A stretch of 64,000 nt of DNA from Schizochytrium sp. TIO01 (Eukaryota; Protista; Bigyra: Labyrinthulomycetes), in assembly GCA_004764695.1 (NCBI GenBank), contig SMSO01000014.1, positions 6,686,029 to 6,750,028 on the forward strand, in the 5' to 3' direction. The notes beneath the pieces are model-generated. The model worked only from the letters and a program-made list of their open reading frames with translations, did not search any database and was not told the origin of the DNA. Position numbers and translations under genes: made by a program. Positions within the stretch are counted from its first letter, which is position 1. The number at the start of each line of letters is the position of its first letter. This document shows positions 21,771 to 34,350 of this stretch, in pieces.

Positions 21771-23788
21771 GGATCTCGGGGTCGCAAGATCTCGAGGTCG
21801 CAAGATCTCGACGTCTTGAGATCTCGACGTCTCTGGCGAATAAGCCGACTTACCGGATGAATGGATGAAGGAATGGATGGTTGAGTACCTGACTGTCGAG
21901 GCAGCGCAGCCCCAGGGTTTAGGGCGTAGCACCTCTGGCGACGGGCTCCACGCTGACGCGAGTCGCGGCTGTCGCCGGCAGGTCGCAAGGAAGCAGCGAG
22001 TGCGAAACGCAATGCGGCGGCCCGAATAAATGAATAAATGAATGAATGAATGAATGAGTGAAGGAGTGAATGAGTGAATGCCTTACACGCGTGCGAGCTT
22101 TGCTTGGGGTGGAAGGAAGGGGACCTAGGCGATCAAGCTTGCGGCCGCAACGGCGGAGCGCCTGACGCGAAGTAACTCTCAGCTCTGCGAACAGAGCGAA
22201 GCGCGCATAATCTGTTTTTATTATTTTCATTAACGAGTTCAAGGTGTTTGTTTGCCTGTCTGGCTGTCTTATTCGTGCTGGATTCAACTGCGTCAAGCGC
22301 CGCCTCGCGAAGAGGTGGCCTGCGATGCGATAGAGTTGCCGCTAGAAACGCCTCCGTGGTTGACTTGACTTGACTTGTCGCCACCAGTTCACCATTCCTC
22401 GCTCACACTGTTTGGTCTCGTAGACCGATTGGGATGCGCCTTAGACCCTCTCCTGTTAGAGAACCTTATAAATTGCAGCATATTCAGATGTTTTTGATTT
22501 TGCCTTTGACTTTGACTTTGATTTTAAAAGAAAAGAAAAGAAAAAGGTCCGTGCCATTCATTGCCATCATGCATAAAATCACATGTCGTGTATATGTGTG
22601 CGTGAGTATATTTATTAAAAAATAGGAGAAGAACAAGCAAGGGTTGATTCAACTCATAACTTGCTGCTTAATTTCGACTTGTGTTTCAAAAGATTGGAAG
22701 AGCAGCGTCGCAGACATAAATCGAGGCGTCTTATCTTCTGCGTGGGTCGATTATTTGTTGTTCACTTTTTGTTGATTTTTATCTAGAAGTAAATAAACAT
22801 ATATAAATAAACATAAAATTAATCAGTCTATCTATCTATCTATATTCGAAATTTTTTGATTTTAAAAAAATAAATTTATATCTTTTTTTTCTTTTTTTTT
22901 TTCTTTCTAAGTTAGGTGACAAGGGGAGGTACTGCGATGCGTCGAGAACAAGATAGAATTATAAATGAAGTCTGGATGGAATGCAAACTTGCGAAAAGGT
23001 TGCATTGTATTCGTAGCTTTTGTTCCTGTACGCAAAGAACCTTAATTTAAATATAAAATGTAATTTAGGTAAATGATGAAAGAGAAATTTAATCGGAATC
23101 CTGAAAGAAAGGTTTCCCTGGTCAGAACGAATTTTTGCAAGTCACGCAAAGATACCGCATTTGCAGCGTCCGCAGGTCGTTAGGTTTTGACCAAATACCG
23201 ACCGCTGGTTTTTCCGTTGTCTTTGAAACTTTGGGGAAAGGAAAATACACAACTTATCATCGCATTTTAGTTTGGAAACTGCGTCAAGATCAGCAAATTC
23301 TGCTGCGAGGGGACAAAATTTCGGTTGTTCAAGTGCTCAGAAATATGATAACAGACAAGCTTGTAATCTACCCTCTGCAGTTCATACTCGTCTTATATTC
23401 TGAGAGACTTTCTCCGCCCGGTCCGAGGAGAGATAACTTGCACAGTCGCTTTCCTCCTTCTCGAGTTGCAATTCGTCCCCGAGGGCAAACAGAATTTTAT
23501 ATTTAATGCAGCAAAGCGAATAGGGGCCCATCTACCAATCATTTTGAAATAAGAGGCGAAGACCTTTTGCATGCCTTACATTGCTAGTTCCGCTTCCTCT
23601 TTCCTACTGTGGCTATTATTTCCAAATCTATAAAGGGGCTAGCTAGGCAGTGTGCAGCACGTTCAAAATGTCTCTGATTAAATATTTATGTTGACAAGAT
23701 GAAATGAAAATGGTAGAACAGCGACATGCGTGTGCGCTCTCACAAAATAGATTGCTCGGCCATTCTGTTTGTTTTTGTTGATTGATTG

Positions 23789-23825
<37 letters not shown>

Positions 23826-24363
23826 AAAAGAGGGATCTTTCTTTTTATGAATGTTATCATGGCAAGAGAGAGTCCTAATAATCAGTCGGCGTCTCCGCAC
23901 CAGCATTGTTACGGCCACGCACTTATTGGGAACTTCTCCACATCTTTTTAGGAAGGCAGTAGGTAGCTTCTCGGACGGAGCTGCTCAACTTGGAGATACT
24001 ACGGTAACCACAACGTACGAGAAGGCCCTTGTATTCGCTTCCAAATCATGGATAATATGAAAAGAAAGGATAATCTCTACCCTATAGGAAATCGATATCA
24101 ACGCATGAGGCACATCAAGCCAGGAAAACTAGTAATACGAGTCGGACGTTTGACTAAGTGTATCGTCTATCGTTCTATCGAAACCATCCCGATCACAGTC
24201 ACTAATACTTGACAGAAAACCTACGAATATTTGGTCAACCCGCACTGCCCCATTAACGGAAGGCCCATTATAGGACTAGCGTCGATGGTACTTTTAAGCT
24301 CACAACACTGCCTTCGCGAAGGTAGAAAACACCTTCGCCAATTGACCGTTGTAGTAGTCGTAG

Positions 24364-24404
<41 letters not shown>

Positions 24405-24960
24405 CAGTGATTTCTTTCTACCATATCCTATCAATCAATCAATCAATCAATCAACCAACCAATCATATCTCGGTCTAGGTTTGTTGAGATGGAATACACG
24501 TCCGCCGTCATCAGAGAAACCTGTGTTGCTGAAGATGTAACAATTCACTGCGCTATTAGCTCAAAGTGTAACTTGATTTACAAAGCAAGCAAGCAAGCTG
24601 TTTGCAATGGAGTATTCACACGCACTGAGCGAGTCTACTCTTCAGGGTGATTTGGAGGCAACCCAGCGAAAACGAAACGAATTCTTTTGTTTTCTTCAGT
24701 CTGCACGGGCCTTCTGCTATTCGGCGCCATTGCACCCTTGGAATAAATTCCCAGCTCGGGCCGGTTATCTCTACGCGACTATAAACGAGTGATTGCGTAA
24801 CGTTTTAGTACCACCTTCTTCACTTTCAGTACCTCCACAACAAGCACCACCACCACCATCAGCAGCACCACCAGCAGCAGCATCAGCAGCAGAATTGGCA
24901 GCGCCTTCCACTCCTTGCACTCTGCACTGAAGCATCCATCGATCTAAAAAGGTTTCTCCA

Positions 24961-25740
24961 TGTCCCTTGCTGGCTGACAACTTGGGAGGAGCACTAGCCA
25001 GCTCTCGAGCTAGCTAGCTGTTGGAAACTGTCACCTGTTGGATGCTGGATGCGGCCGAGGCTCCCGAACTTGCGCTCGAGGGGTTTTCCAGGTAGCGCCA
25101 GCCTGTCTCGACGTCCTGAGTTCCTGAGAACTATAACTCTGAGCGAGATTTCGAGAGTGCTCGACGCTCATGTAACCAAGGGGCCCTCTTGTCACAAGTC
25201 TTCAGCTCTTGGGCTTTCTTCCTCTCGCGTTTATTATTAGTTTTGTTAGGGTCTACAATTTCACGAGATGGCAAACTTCGACCTTGAGTGCGATCTCTCG
25301 TATTGTGAGCGAGCTCCAAACTGAGTCCGTTTTCGCGTTCACCATTGCGTTGGCATTCCGCTGTACCTCGCAAGCTTCTGCCTCCTCAGTTCTTTGGCTT
25401 GCGTCGATAAGATTGAGAGTGCAAATTCGCACAAAGAAGGAGAATCTCTGCAATTAATCCCACATTATGCATGTCTACACATTTTTATACACAAACAAAC
25501 ATACTCTACGAAAATAGTTCGTAAATGACAAATGATAAACAGCAAACGAATGCAGATAAAATAAAAGAAAAAACAAAACTAAGTTTGTACTTTACTTCCA
25601 CAGTGAGCAAACTGACTCGCCAAGAGACGAGAGCAGAAGCCGTTGAGAGTGGTGCTTCCGCAGTGCTGTCGAAGGTGTGTCTGTCTGCGGACGCCTTTGA
25701 CGTGGATTTCGTCCGCACAGTCCGCCAACCAACCCCTCGA
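24961..25740 (+). pseudogene. ARM-like relic island
   Basis: LLADNLGGALAS...LDAAEAPELALEGF /fs/ ASLSRRPEFLRTITLSEISRVLDAHVTKG /fs/ QLLGFL, followed by RAEAVESGASAVLSKVCLSADAFDVDFVRTV. Confidence 0.55.
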
Positions 25741-26680
25741 GTTTCTCTCTTCTGTCGAGGCCAACCTTCTTTCTTCGTTTCTTATCTCGAGCCTCGTTTT
25801 AGAAAACCTAAAAGAAAGACCGCCGCCTGAAAGACACCGTCCGTGCGGATTCAGCACTTTTCCTTTCAGGTTTTTAGTTCTTTAGTTTCAATTTTTTATT
25901 TATTTTTTTAAATTATAAAAAAGCTTTAAAATATATGTTATAAAAAAAATTAAAAAATGTTGAAGAATAATATGTCTATTTTCTATTTTTCTGCTTAGTC
26001 ATTTTGCTTCTATCTTTCATAAGATTCTTCTGTCACGGCGAGACGCGTGCTTTCCCCCTGTTCTTCACTTATGTTCTTCATTTATGTTGCAACCGCGGAC
26101 CCGTGCTTTCAACAGGGAAGCCGCATTTGGAACCCCCACCCAGTCGAAAAAGGGAAGAGAAACAGGGAGTAAAAAAGTATACTACGGCAAAGGCCTTTGG
26201 CAGCATCAAAGAAAAAGGGAGGGAGAGAAACAGGGTAAAAAAGTATAACATATTTTATTTCAAAATTATTTTTTTCATAAATAAATAAAATCAGTAGAAT
26301 AAATAAGCGAATACAGGAAAGTCAGAAAGAAAGTATAGTAAAGATAAAATAGAGATTCCAAGAAAAGCGCCACGTTCTGCTGTTTAGTTGAGAACAGTTA
26401 GTGCCACCGATGGTCCCGCTGTCATATGTTTTCAATCATCACGTTTCGACCGCCTTAAGTTCTCCATGAACAGCCCCGCCTTCGCTACGCCGGCCTTGCG
26501 TTCGCTAAGTTCCTGCAAACGCGCCCCGTCTCGCTCGGGATCCCTCACCTTCGTCGGTGCTAGTGAATGAATCGATCATTCCTTCCTTTGTTTACATCAT
26601 GATTCATTAAACCAACCAACCAATCAATCAATCAATCAATCAATCATTCAATTATTCAATCATTGATTGATTGATTGATT

Positions 26681-26783
26681 CATTCATTCATTCATATATT
26701 TTATTGCATAAATCATTCATATATTCGTTAATTTATTCCATGAATGATTTATGCAATAAAATGAATATATGAATGAATGAATG
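26681..26783. repeat. About 40-bp inverted repeat (hairpin/cruciform) with a 19-nt loop
   Basis: Left arm 26681-26720 is cattcattcattcatatattttattgcataaatcattcat. Right arm 26740-26783 is its exact reverse complement plus one extra GAAT unit. Confidence 0.9.
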
Positions 26784-29559
26784 TGTGAATGATTTATTCC
26801 ATGAATCATTCATCGATTGATTCATTCATTCATCGATTGATTCATTCATTCATCTATTCATTCATTCATTCACCTATTCATTCATGCCGTACCGCACGCG
26901 GACCGATGGCCGATCCGGTGTCTCTCAGCCGCGAGTTCGTCAGCAGACCGGTTTACAGGTTGGTTGGTCAGTCAGTTGCTTCGTCGAGGATGCGCAGAGA
27001 CGCGGCCCTCGAACGCGAAGGCGCTTCGTTCGAGGTACCGCCGTGGGGAATCGATCGAGCGAGCGCCTCTGAAAAGAACGCTCTCCCAGAAAGAACGGGC
27101 CTGAAAAAATTGCATTGCTTACAGGGATGCATGCATGCACATGACCGTCTTGAAGAATCGGCGCGCGTACGCGATGCGTATGAGTGCATGCGAAGGCGCA
27201 GACGCAGTTTGGGGACAGCGCGCGTATCGAAGCAGGTCAGGTGACTGACGCGGAGGCCTCGAAGGAAGCGGCATCGATATCCTTCGTGAAGAAGGCCATC
27301 ATCATTGCCAAGGTTGGCAGAACGAACGAACGAACGAGTGACTCACAGAGAGGTCTGAGAAGGCGCGAAACGGCCAAACGAGCGCATTAGTGGAATTATG
27401 AGGACTGAGTGAGTGAGTGAGTGAGTGAGTGAGTGAGTGCGTATTGGAAATGAAGCGACAAAGCAGAGCGAAAGAAAGAAACTTGGGCCAATGCAGGTTT
27501 TTACTCGAGTGAGCCGAACTCGTCAAATCGATGTAGCGACCTTAGAAAGGAGCGGGAGAACCGACGGATTCTCCCACCAATGAGTGAGCGAGTGAGTGAA
27601 TGAATGATGGAATGATTCATGGAATAAATACATGAATGGTTGATTGATTGAGCGATTCATGAAGTAAATGCACGATGGATTGGTTGAATTGATACATGCT
27701 TGAATAAATAAAAGGAATGATTAATTGAATGACTCATAGAATGAATAAATGGATCATTCATAGAATAAGCAAATAAATAAATAAATAAATAAATAAATAA
27801 ATGAAAGAAGGCACGAATGAATGAATGGATCTACGAATAAATCGATCAAAAGATAGATAGTCGAGAGTTGAATCGAAGAGCAGAAATGCCTACTTTAGTT
27901 AAAACATCAGAGATTTACAGAAGGCCCAGATGCGCCAAAGAAAATCAAATCCTTGAAGAAGCGGAACGATTCTCTCTCTCTCTCCCTCACTCTCTGCTCT
28001 TCAAGCGTGGAACTCAGGCTTTGCTTCGAAGTGATACTGGTTGCGAATTATCCTTTGATGTCGGTCGTCGTTTGGAGGGAGATTCAGAGGCGTCCCTCTT
28101 AGACCGCTCAAGTATTACAGAGTCGCGTTCTTCGAAATCAGCGTTTAGGTTTTCGAACGTGTGCAGCATCGCATTGCGTTGACTTTGGCCGCTTTCAACG
28201 ATGGAACAAACCAAAGCTGACGACTGAAGTGAACGTAGGAATTACAGAAAGAAACAGAGAGTTGTCGCGCGAGCGAGCGAACGAAATAATGTGTTGTCGA
28301 ATCCGAGGAATCACCTAGCTACTGACACCTTACACAGCGACCGCACTTGCGAACTTGTGGACATCGCGATCCCTCTTTTGCAGCCCGGATCGAGCGGCTT
28401 TTTGCCTGATCGTTGGCCAATTCTGGATCGAACTGTGAATAAGAACAGATCTTGAAAGGCTGGCTTTGTGGTGCTTGATCGGCCTCTGATTCAGCTGATC
28501 AATGAATTGAGTCGCTGATTACCTCCCTCAATGGACGTCTAACAAGTCATAGGCAGCTCCTTGAGAATCCAGTTTCTTCGCTTCTCTTCTTTATACTTTC
28601 TTACTCCTTGATTTACGAGTTGAGCAGCTCGCGCCTGGGACACTCGAGGAGCTCCCTCGCGGACACCGGGGGTGGGACTGTGGGCCCGCAGTGCGGTGCC
28701 CGCGTTGCTCGAAGAAGGTGGTCGCGGCCCCACAGCCTTGAGCCCCCAGCACACAGACGGCTGAGCAGCTTCTCCAGCAAGTTCGTCTGCGGGGGCAGGA
28801 AAAGTCAAGAGGCGCTGGACAAAAAGCTGCGTCACGCAACTCGATTATCGCAGCGCTTCCCTTTTTGATTCATCCTTTGCTCTGGCCTGACTTTGTATTC
28901 CTTCGTTGCTTTTTGAGCGCTGCGTTCCTTGCCTCGCGGAGAGTGACGACTTACTCATCCCACGGCAGTATCCGAAGAAGTGAAAGACCCTCAAAACCGA
29001 AGGACTATATCGACCATCATCACCGCTTTCTAATTTTAATATAACGTTTATTCACATTTATCGCCGTGTTTGATGTTGTTGTTTCCACAAACTCAGCCTT
29101 GGCACCCTAGCTTGTCCTACGCAAACCGCTAGCCAACGACGTACTTACTTTACACTACGCTGCGTAGACCGTCTATATTACTTCTGGGTCCCCTTTGCAA
29201 CATCTGTTTTACTTTAACATTTAGGTTAATTTAAAAATAAAATAAAATAAAATAAAGCTATCATGAATGCAATTCTCTAGCTAGAGTTTCTTTTCAGTTC
29301 TTCCTTCGCAAAGAACAAGTCAAGATGAACACCGTCGGCACCGAAAAGCTTGGAAAGCCCATTAGAAACCGAAACAAGCAGCACGGGACAGACACCTCAG
29401 CTAGCCTGCGTGATTCTGCGCAGCCCGCGGCTCCAGACCAGCACGTCTTCCGGGCGCGCAGCCGCCTCCGTCCGTTTTCCTCGCGCGGCGGGTCTTTCAA
29501 AGACATGCATGCAAACAAACGTACATACATACATCCACAAACACCCACACCTCGCGCTG

Positions 29560-30350
29560 TTTCGCGACGCATCTCCGGGAGCGGGTCTTTCGTCAAGGGC
29601 GCCTTTCCCGCCTGGACATCCTTCGGCCTGCGCGCTATCGCCTTCGACGCTCCCAGAGCCCTTCGCAGCTCGAGCTTCTTCGTGAAGAAGACCTGCGTCT
29701 TTGGATCTTCGATCTTGGATTTTAAGACCTTCAAGTCTAAGACCTTCAAGGTAAAGACCTTGGATGCCGTAAGCGTGATGAAGAGACAGGCGGTCTCAAA
29801 GCTTCGATGGCTCGAGAAGGAGCGGCTGCAGTGCGGTATCTATATATGTAAACATAAACAGCTTTCGAGGGACCGTGAAGAGAACCGTTGGAATGGATGT
29901 GCAGAAGAAGAACTGGCGTTCCAAGGGCCCGAGATTGCCGGTTCTTGAGGGCTTCCTCGTGCTGGCGAAGGGGCGACAGCGGGACTCGAGGCGTTCATTG
30001 AGGGGTGCCAATCGACGATGGATCGATCGATCAATCGATCTTCACGTACATCTATCTAATTGGTGCCCGGAGATTACGGGATTTCCAGTTTCGTTTCAGG
30101 GAACTAACTCCACGAATGAATGTGATGAGTATGGAGGAAATGAAGATTTCCTTTTTAGAGTTCAAGGATGGATTGAAGCAGATAGTTCTGCAGACATGGG
30201 CGAATAGAGGCAGTAGTGAAGGTCTGAGCGAGTTCCCCTTGGAGCGAGAGAGCTTCGAGAGCACACGTATCAGGTGTTGCAGCTTGTCAGCGGTTTCTTC
30301 GTTTGCGAGGGTGGACAAAGTAGTTCTTTGCAGAAGCTGCTCAGCATGGT
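29560..30350 (+). pseudogene. ARM-like relic island
   Basis: FVKGAFPAWTSFGLRAIAFDAPRALRSSSFF, TLDAVSVMKRQA and MSMEEMKISFLEFKDGLKQIVLQT...LSEFPLERE...CSLSAVSSFA. Confidence 0.55.
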
Positions 30351-30959
30351 ACTGCCCTGTCAGTGTTCTGTTCCTGTTCTGTTCCTGCGTTGCGCATTCG
30401 TTTCCGTCTCGTTTCACTGGGAAGAGAGAGCACATCCCGTTTCAATAATTTCTCTATGGAGGCAGTAGCGACACTTAGCCAGAACTCATTTGCTTACCTA
30501 AAGGATGGAGAAATAAACAAATAAATAAATAGATAAATAGATAAAATAGAATTATGCATGAATGAAATGAATTGGAAAACATGTCATACATATGTGGTCT
30601 CTTTTTTTTTTTTAAGTCCTCTGTTTTATTCGAAGAAACGTATATGGAAGAGTATGCGTAATATTTTAATTTTATGTATTTATTGACTTGTTAATTTTTC
30701 AATGAGAGGGAAAACTTTTAAAATAAGGAAATGAAAGCGACAATATTTTAATGCGTCGTTTTACTCGTTTTCAAGTTTCTACTTAGACGAAGTTCCATCA
30801 CTTCTCAATAGAGATAAACATCGGCGCAGTTGGAAGAAGAACGTGTCTGCAGGTAATTATGTATCCCTCTTTTTCCCGGGCGCCTCATTCTCTTCCCTTT
30901 CTGAAAAACAAAACCAAAGCAAAGCAACAACATTTAACAAACAGAAAAACTGAGGAAGC

Positions 30960-31202
30960 CTCCAAATGCCGTAGCTTTAAAAAAAAAAAGAAGAAAAGAA
31001 AATGAAAAAAATGCACAACGACAACGATTGCCAAATCTGTCAAATAGGTAGGTCCACTGATTTCTCTTTTAAGAAGTTAACTCCAAATGCCGTAGCTTTA
31101 AAAAAAAAAAAGAAGAAAAGAAAATGAAAAAAATGCACAACGACAACGATTGCCAAATCTGTCAAATAGGTAGGTCCACTGATTTCTCTTTTAAGAAGTT
31201 AA
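30960..31202. repeat. Head-to-tail tandem duplication, 2 copies of 121/122 bp
   Basis: ctccaaatgccgtagcttt(A)n...ttttaagaagttaa occurs at 30960-31080 and 31081-31202. The copies differ only in poly-A length (11 vs 12). Confidence 0.95.
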
Positions 31203-31859
31203 TATGGTTTCCTCGGCGCTCATAACTTTCGTCGATTTTTCTTTATTTATTTTTTATTCCCGAAGTCTGTTCTGCGATTTTGGCGCTTTAATCAAATCGA
31301 CGAAACATTTTGGAAATCTATTACGCAATCTCTCCGAGGAGGCATGTGCCAACTCAGATGAACAGCCAGCATAACAGTTCTGCAGAAGTTTCACTAGTAC
31401 GTGTATAGGGAGGCCTTCATAGAGGATCCCTAAGCGGAATAAAAGAATTCATTTCAGCGTTTCTGTGGTTCTTGTCGCACCTTCATCGGAGATGCGCACC
31501 TGATTTCATTTTTATTTCAAACACTGATATGACGATGTATAATTAAAAAAGAAAAAAAAATAGAATTCGCCCAACAAAATGAAAAAAAAAAAAGAAAGAA
31601 AAAACTAACTTGAACAGCCGATCGAAGTGAGGAGGACTGACTGGTTGTTCGAGCTAAGCCGTATCTGCGATTTTCCTTACGGCAGTCCGAGCAAATGTTT
31701 GTCTGTCAGGAAGCAGCTTTCTTCGCTTTTGCGGCGGTCAGGAAACCTCAGCTCCTCAATGCGTTTAAGCTTTTATAATTAAAATAAACACTTTTGTCTT
31801 TGTTTGTTAATTCCAAAAGAGTAATTTTATTTATCTTGAAAAAGAGCAGAGTTGCGCGC

Positions 31860-31932
<73 letters not shown>
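31860..31932. repeat. (CTTT)n microsatellite
   Basis: About 18 perfect units read directly. Confidence 0.95.
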
Positions 31933-31933
<1 letters not shown>

Positions 31934-33214
31934 GCCTGTCGATCTTTCATCGCGTCTCAATCAGCCGAGTACGCTTTTCATCATCTTTTGTAACAATCAA
32001 AAACAGGATTTCAGATTTTCTTCGACTTTCATTTCTCGCATTTCGGTCGTTTCGAGGGCCGTCCATTTTTAGAGAGGTTGCGCTTAGGTAGGTAGGTCTC
32101 CAACTAACTAACTAACTAACTAACTAACCACTGACGAAACAACCAAACAACTACTGATTAAGTAAGTAAACCAAAATTGAATAAATAAATTAACTAAAAA
32201 GATCGACCGAATGAATGCAGATCGCCATCGAAAGGTCTGCTTCCCTATCTCCTTCGAAAAGAACGAACTCTTTCGAGGGCCTCGCGTCTTTCGACCTGGA
32301 ACTACGGCCATTTCACCGCAGAAGCCTCTTCCTTCGCCTCCAAGGATTGGAGAGAAAGAAGTCCTCTCTCACTCTGTCTCTCTCTCTCTCTCTCTCTGTG
32401 GACGGATGGATCGTTTGGAACCTTTCTTTGCATCGACCCAATTTGATGGTAATAGGTTACTTCGAAGAGAGAAGCCCTCATTTTATTGATTTGGGGAAAA
32501 GGCCATCCTGGGAATCATGCGAGGAAGGCTCTCTTCTCTTCGAGGCGACATCTCAAAAGAGGGGGGCTAAAAGAAACGCCATGGGTGCCGTAGGCCGCCG
32601 CTTCGCATGTGTCGAGTGCTGGAAGCAACCAGGAGAAGAAGATGGCCGTGGCGGCGATATGTTTCATCTTTGTTCGTGTTGGTTGCAATGAAATATAAGA
32701 AAAAATACCCTTTCGCCGCTGAGTCTTTATTTTTAACTTTATTTATCTTCAATTGTTAATTTTTTATTTTTTTTTAAATCAAGTAAAAAGATAAAATCGA
32801 AAGCATAACTCACCTGACAGACAGCGATGGTACTGTCGCGTTGGCTTTGGTGTTTGCAAGAATACAGCAAAGCTCAGCTCTTGCGAGAAGAACTTCTCCT
32901 TTGGCACAGCTTTGATCATTGCAATCGACCTTTTGCAACAAGGAAGGCTGCTGAAGGCGAAGAGAACTTCGGCCATGATAACTACCATCGCTGTCGCTGC
33001 TTCTTTACACAAACGAGTAAACAACGGAGGCCAAAAAGTGAAGGGGAACTTGCTTGCCGCCTAGCGTGCACCTATGTAGGTGCTAGCGCGCCGCTTCCTT
33101 TTTTATTTTTTATTTTTTTTAAAATAAATTTTCTTTCTTTTATCTCTTTCTTTTATCTCCTTCTTTCTGGCGCGATGCTTCGTCGCTCAACTGCTCATAC
33201 TTCCTTCTGCGAGG

Positions 33215-34350
33215 CATCTTCTGCGATGAAGAGACACAAAAGGAATAAAGAACTGGCGGTAGCGCCTAGGAAGCGCTATCCAGTCCTACGGTCCCAGGGC
33301 CGCGGCAGCTGAGTTAGTTTGTATCTTTGTATCTTTGTTTGTATTGTTTGTTGGTTTCTTCATTTCTTTGTTTCTTTGTGTGTTTGTTTGTTTAAGTAAT
33401 TGTAATTAGTTATAATTAATTGTAATTAGTTATAATTAATTGTAATTAGTTATAATTAATTGTAATTAATTGTAATTAATTGTAAGAAGTAATCATCGTT
33501 CATTGAGAATGAGTTGATTGGTTACTTTAGAATAGTTCCTTCGTGGCGGAAGACCTTTGTTTGCGAGACCGTTGTTGGCCCAAGTAAGCCTTGGCGCTGC
33601 TGCGAGGAAGACCCCGCCTCGTCACGGGTGTTGCAACAGCAATGGCGGCCATGCAGAAGCACCTAACTTCCTTCCCCGCGGATCTGCTGCAACCACCAGC
33701 CAGCGAAGAAGCGGACTGCGCAGGATGCCTCAAGCAGGCGCCACCTCGAGTTCTCTCCGCTGGTTCACACGCAGTTCTTACGAAGAGGCATCTACAACCC
33801 ATCCATCCATCCGTCCTTCGAGCTGCTACTCGCGTGCCATCAGCTCTGAAGGTCTGTCTGTCTGCCTGTCTGGAGTTGGGCTCGGGCTTGGTGGACAAGG
33901 CGATGGAGAACGAGAAGATCTGCGAAGACGAGGCTGCGCTGTACTCCTCGCGGGCCCTCGTGGCGCTTCGCAGGAGCCCCTCCGTCACCAGTTTGGTCTC
34001 ATGTACTCTGGCCCGACGAGGCATACCTACCTGTGAGGAAGATGCTGCCAGGTCAAGCCGGTGTCAGGCTCGAGCGCTCCGCGATGATGCGAGCAAGTCC
34101 GCAGAAACCAGCAAGCAGAGACACAAAGAAACCAACAAAGAAACCATCGAACGAGCGAGCGAGCGAAGCTGCGTCTGGCGAAGCACAAGCCGCTGAGATT
34201 CCACTCGCTCGGGAAACTTGAAGAGGAGGCCGCGGCGGACGATCTTGATCTCGATCTTGCGGTACACGCCCCTTTCGGCAGAACCCGGTCTAGTCCGGGG
34301 CCTCCGGCCGGCCCTGGCTCAGCTTCTGGGAGTCTACGTAGACCTCCTTG
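33215..34350 (+). pseudogene. ARM-like relic islands (includes the longest surviving frame, 33591-34196)
   Basis: SAMKRHKRNKELAVA; AMAAMQKH..PADLLQ...CAGCL; HPSVLRAATRVPSAL; LELGSGLVDKAMENE...EAALYSSRALVAL; TILISILRYTP...LVRGLRPALAQLL. Confidence 0.6.
33397..33485. repeat. AT-rich minisatellite: 3 x 20-mer TGTAATTAGTTATAATTAAT followed by 10-mer TGTAATTAAT units
   Basis: Read directly; inserted between two ARM-like relic segments. Confidence 0.9.

Noticed and set aside
29294-30435. Minus-strand ORFs with protein-like stretches (KIEDPKTQVFFTKKLEL; ADKLQHLIRVLSKL)
   Set aside because: Better explained as antisense shadows of + strand ARM-like relics, which fit the pattern of neighbouring islands.
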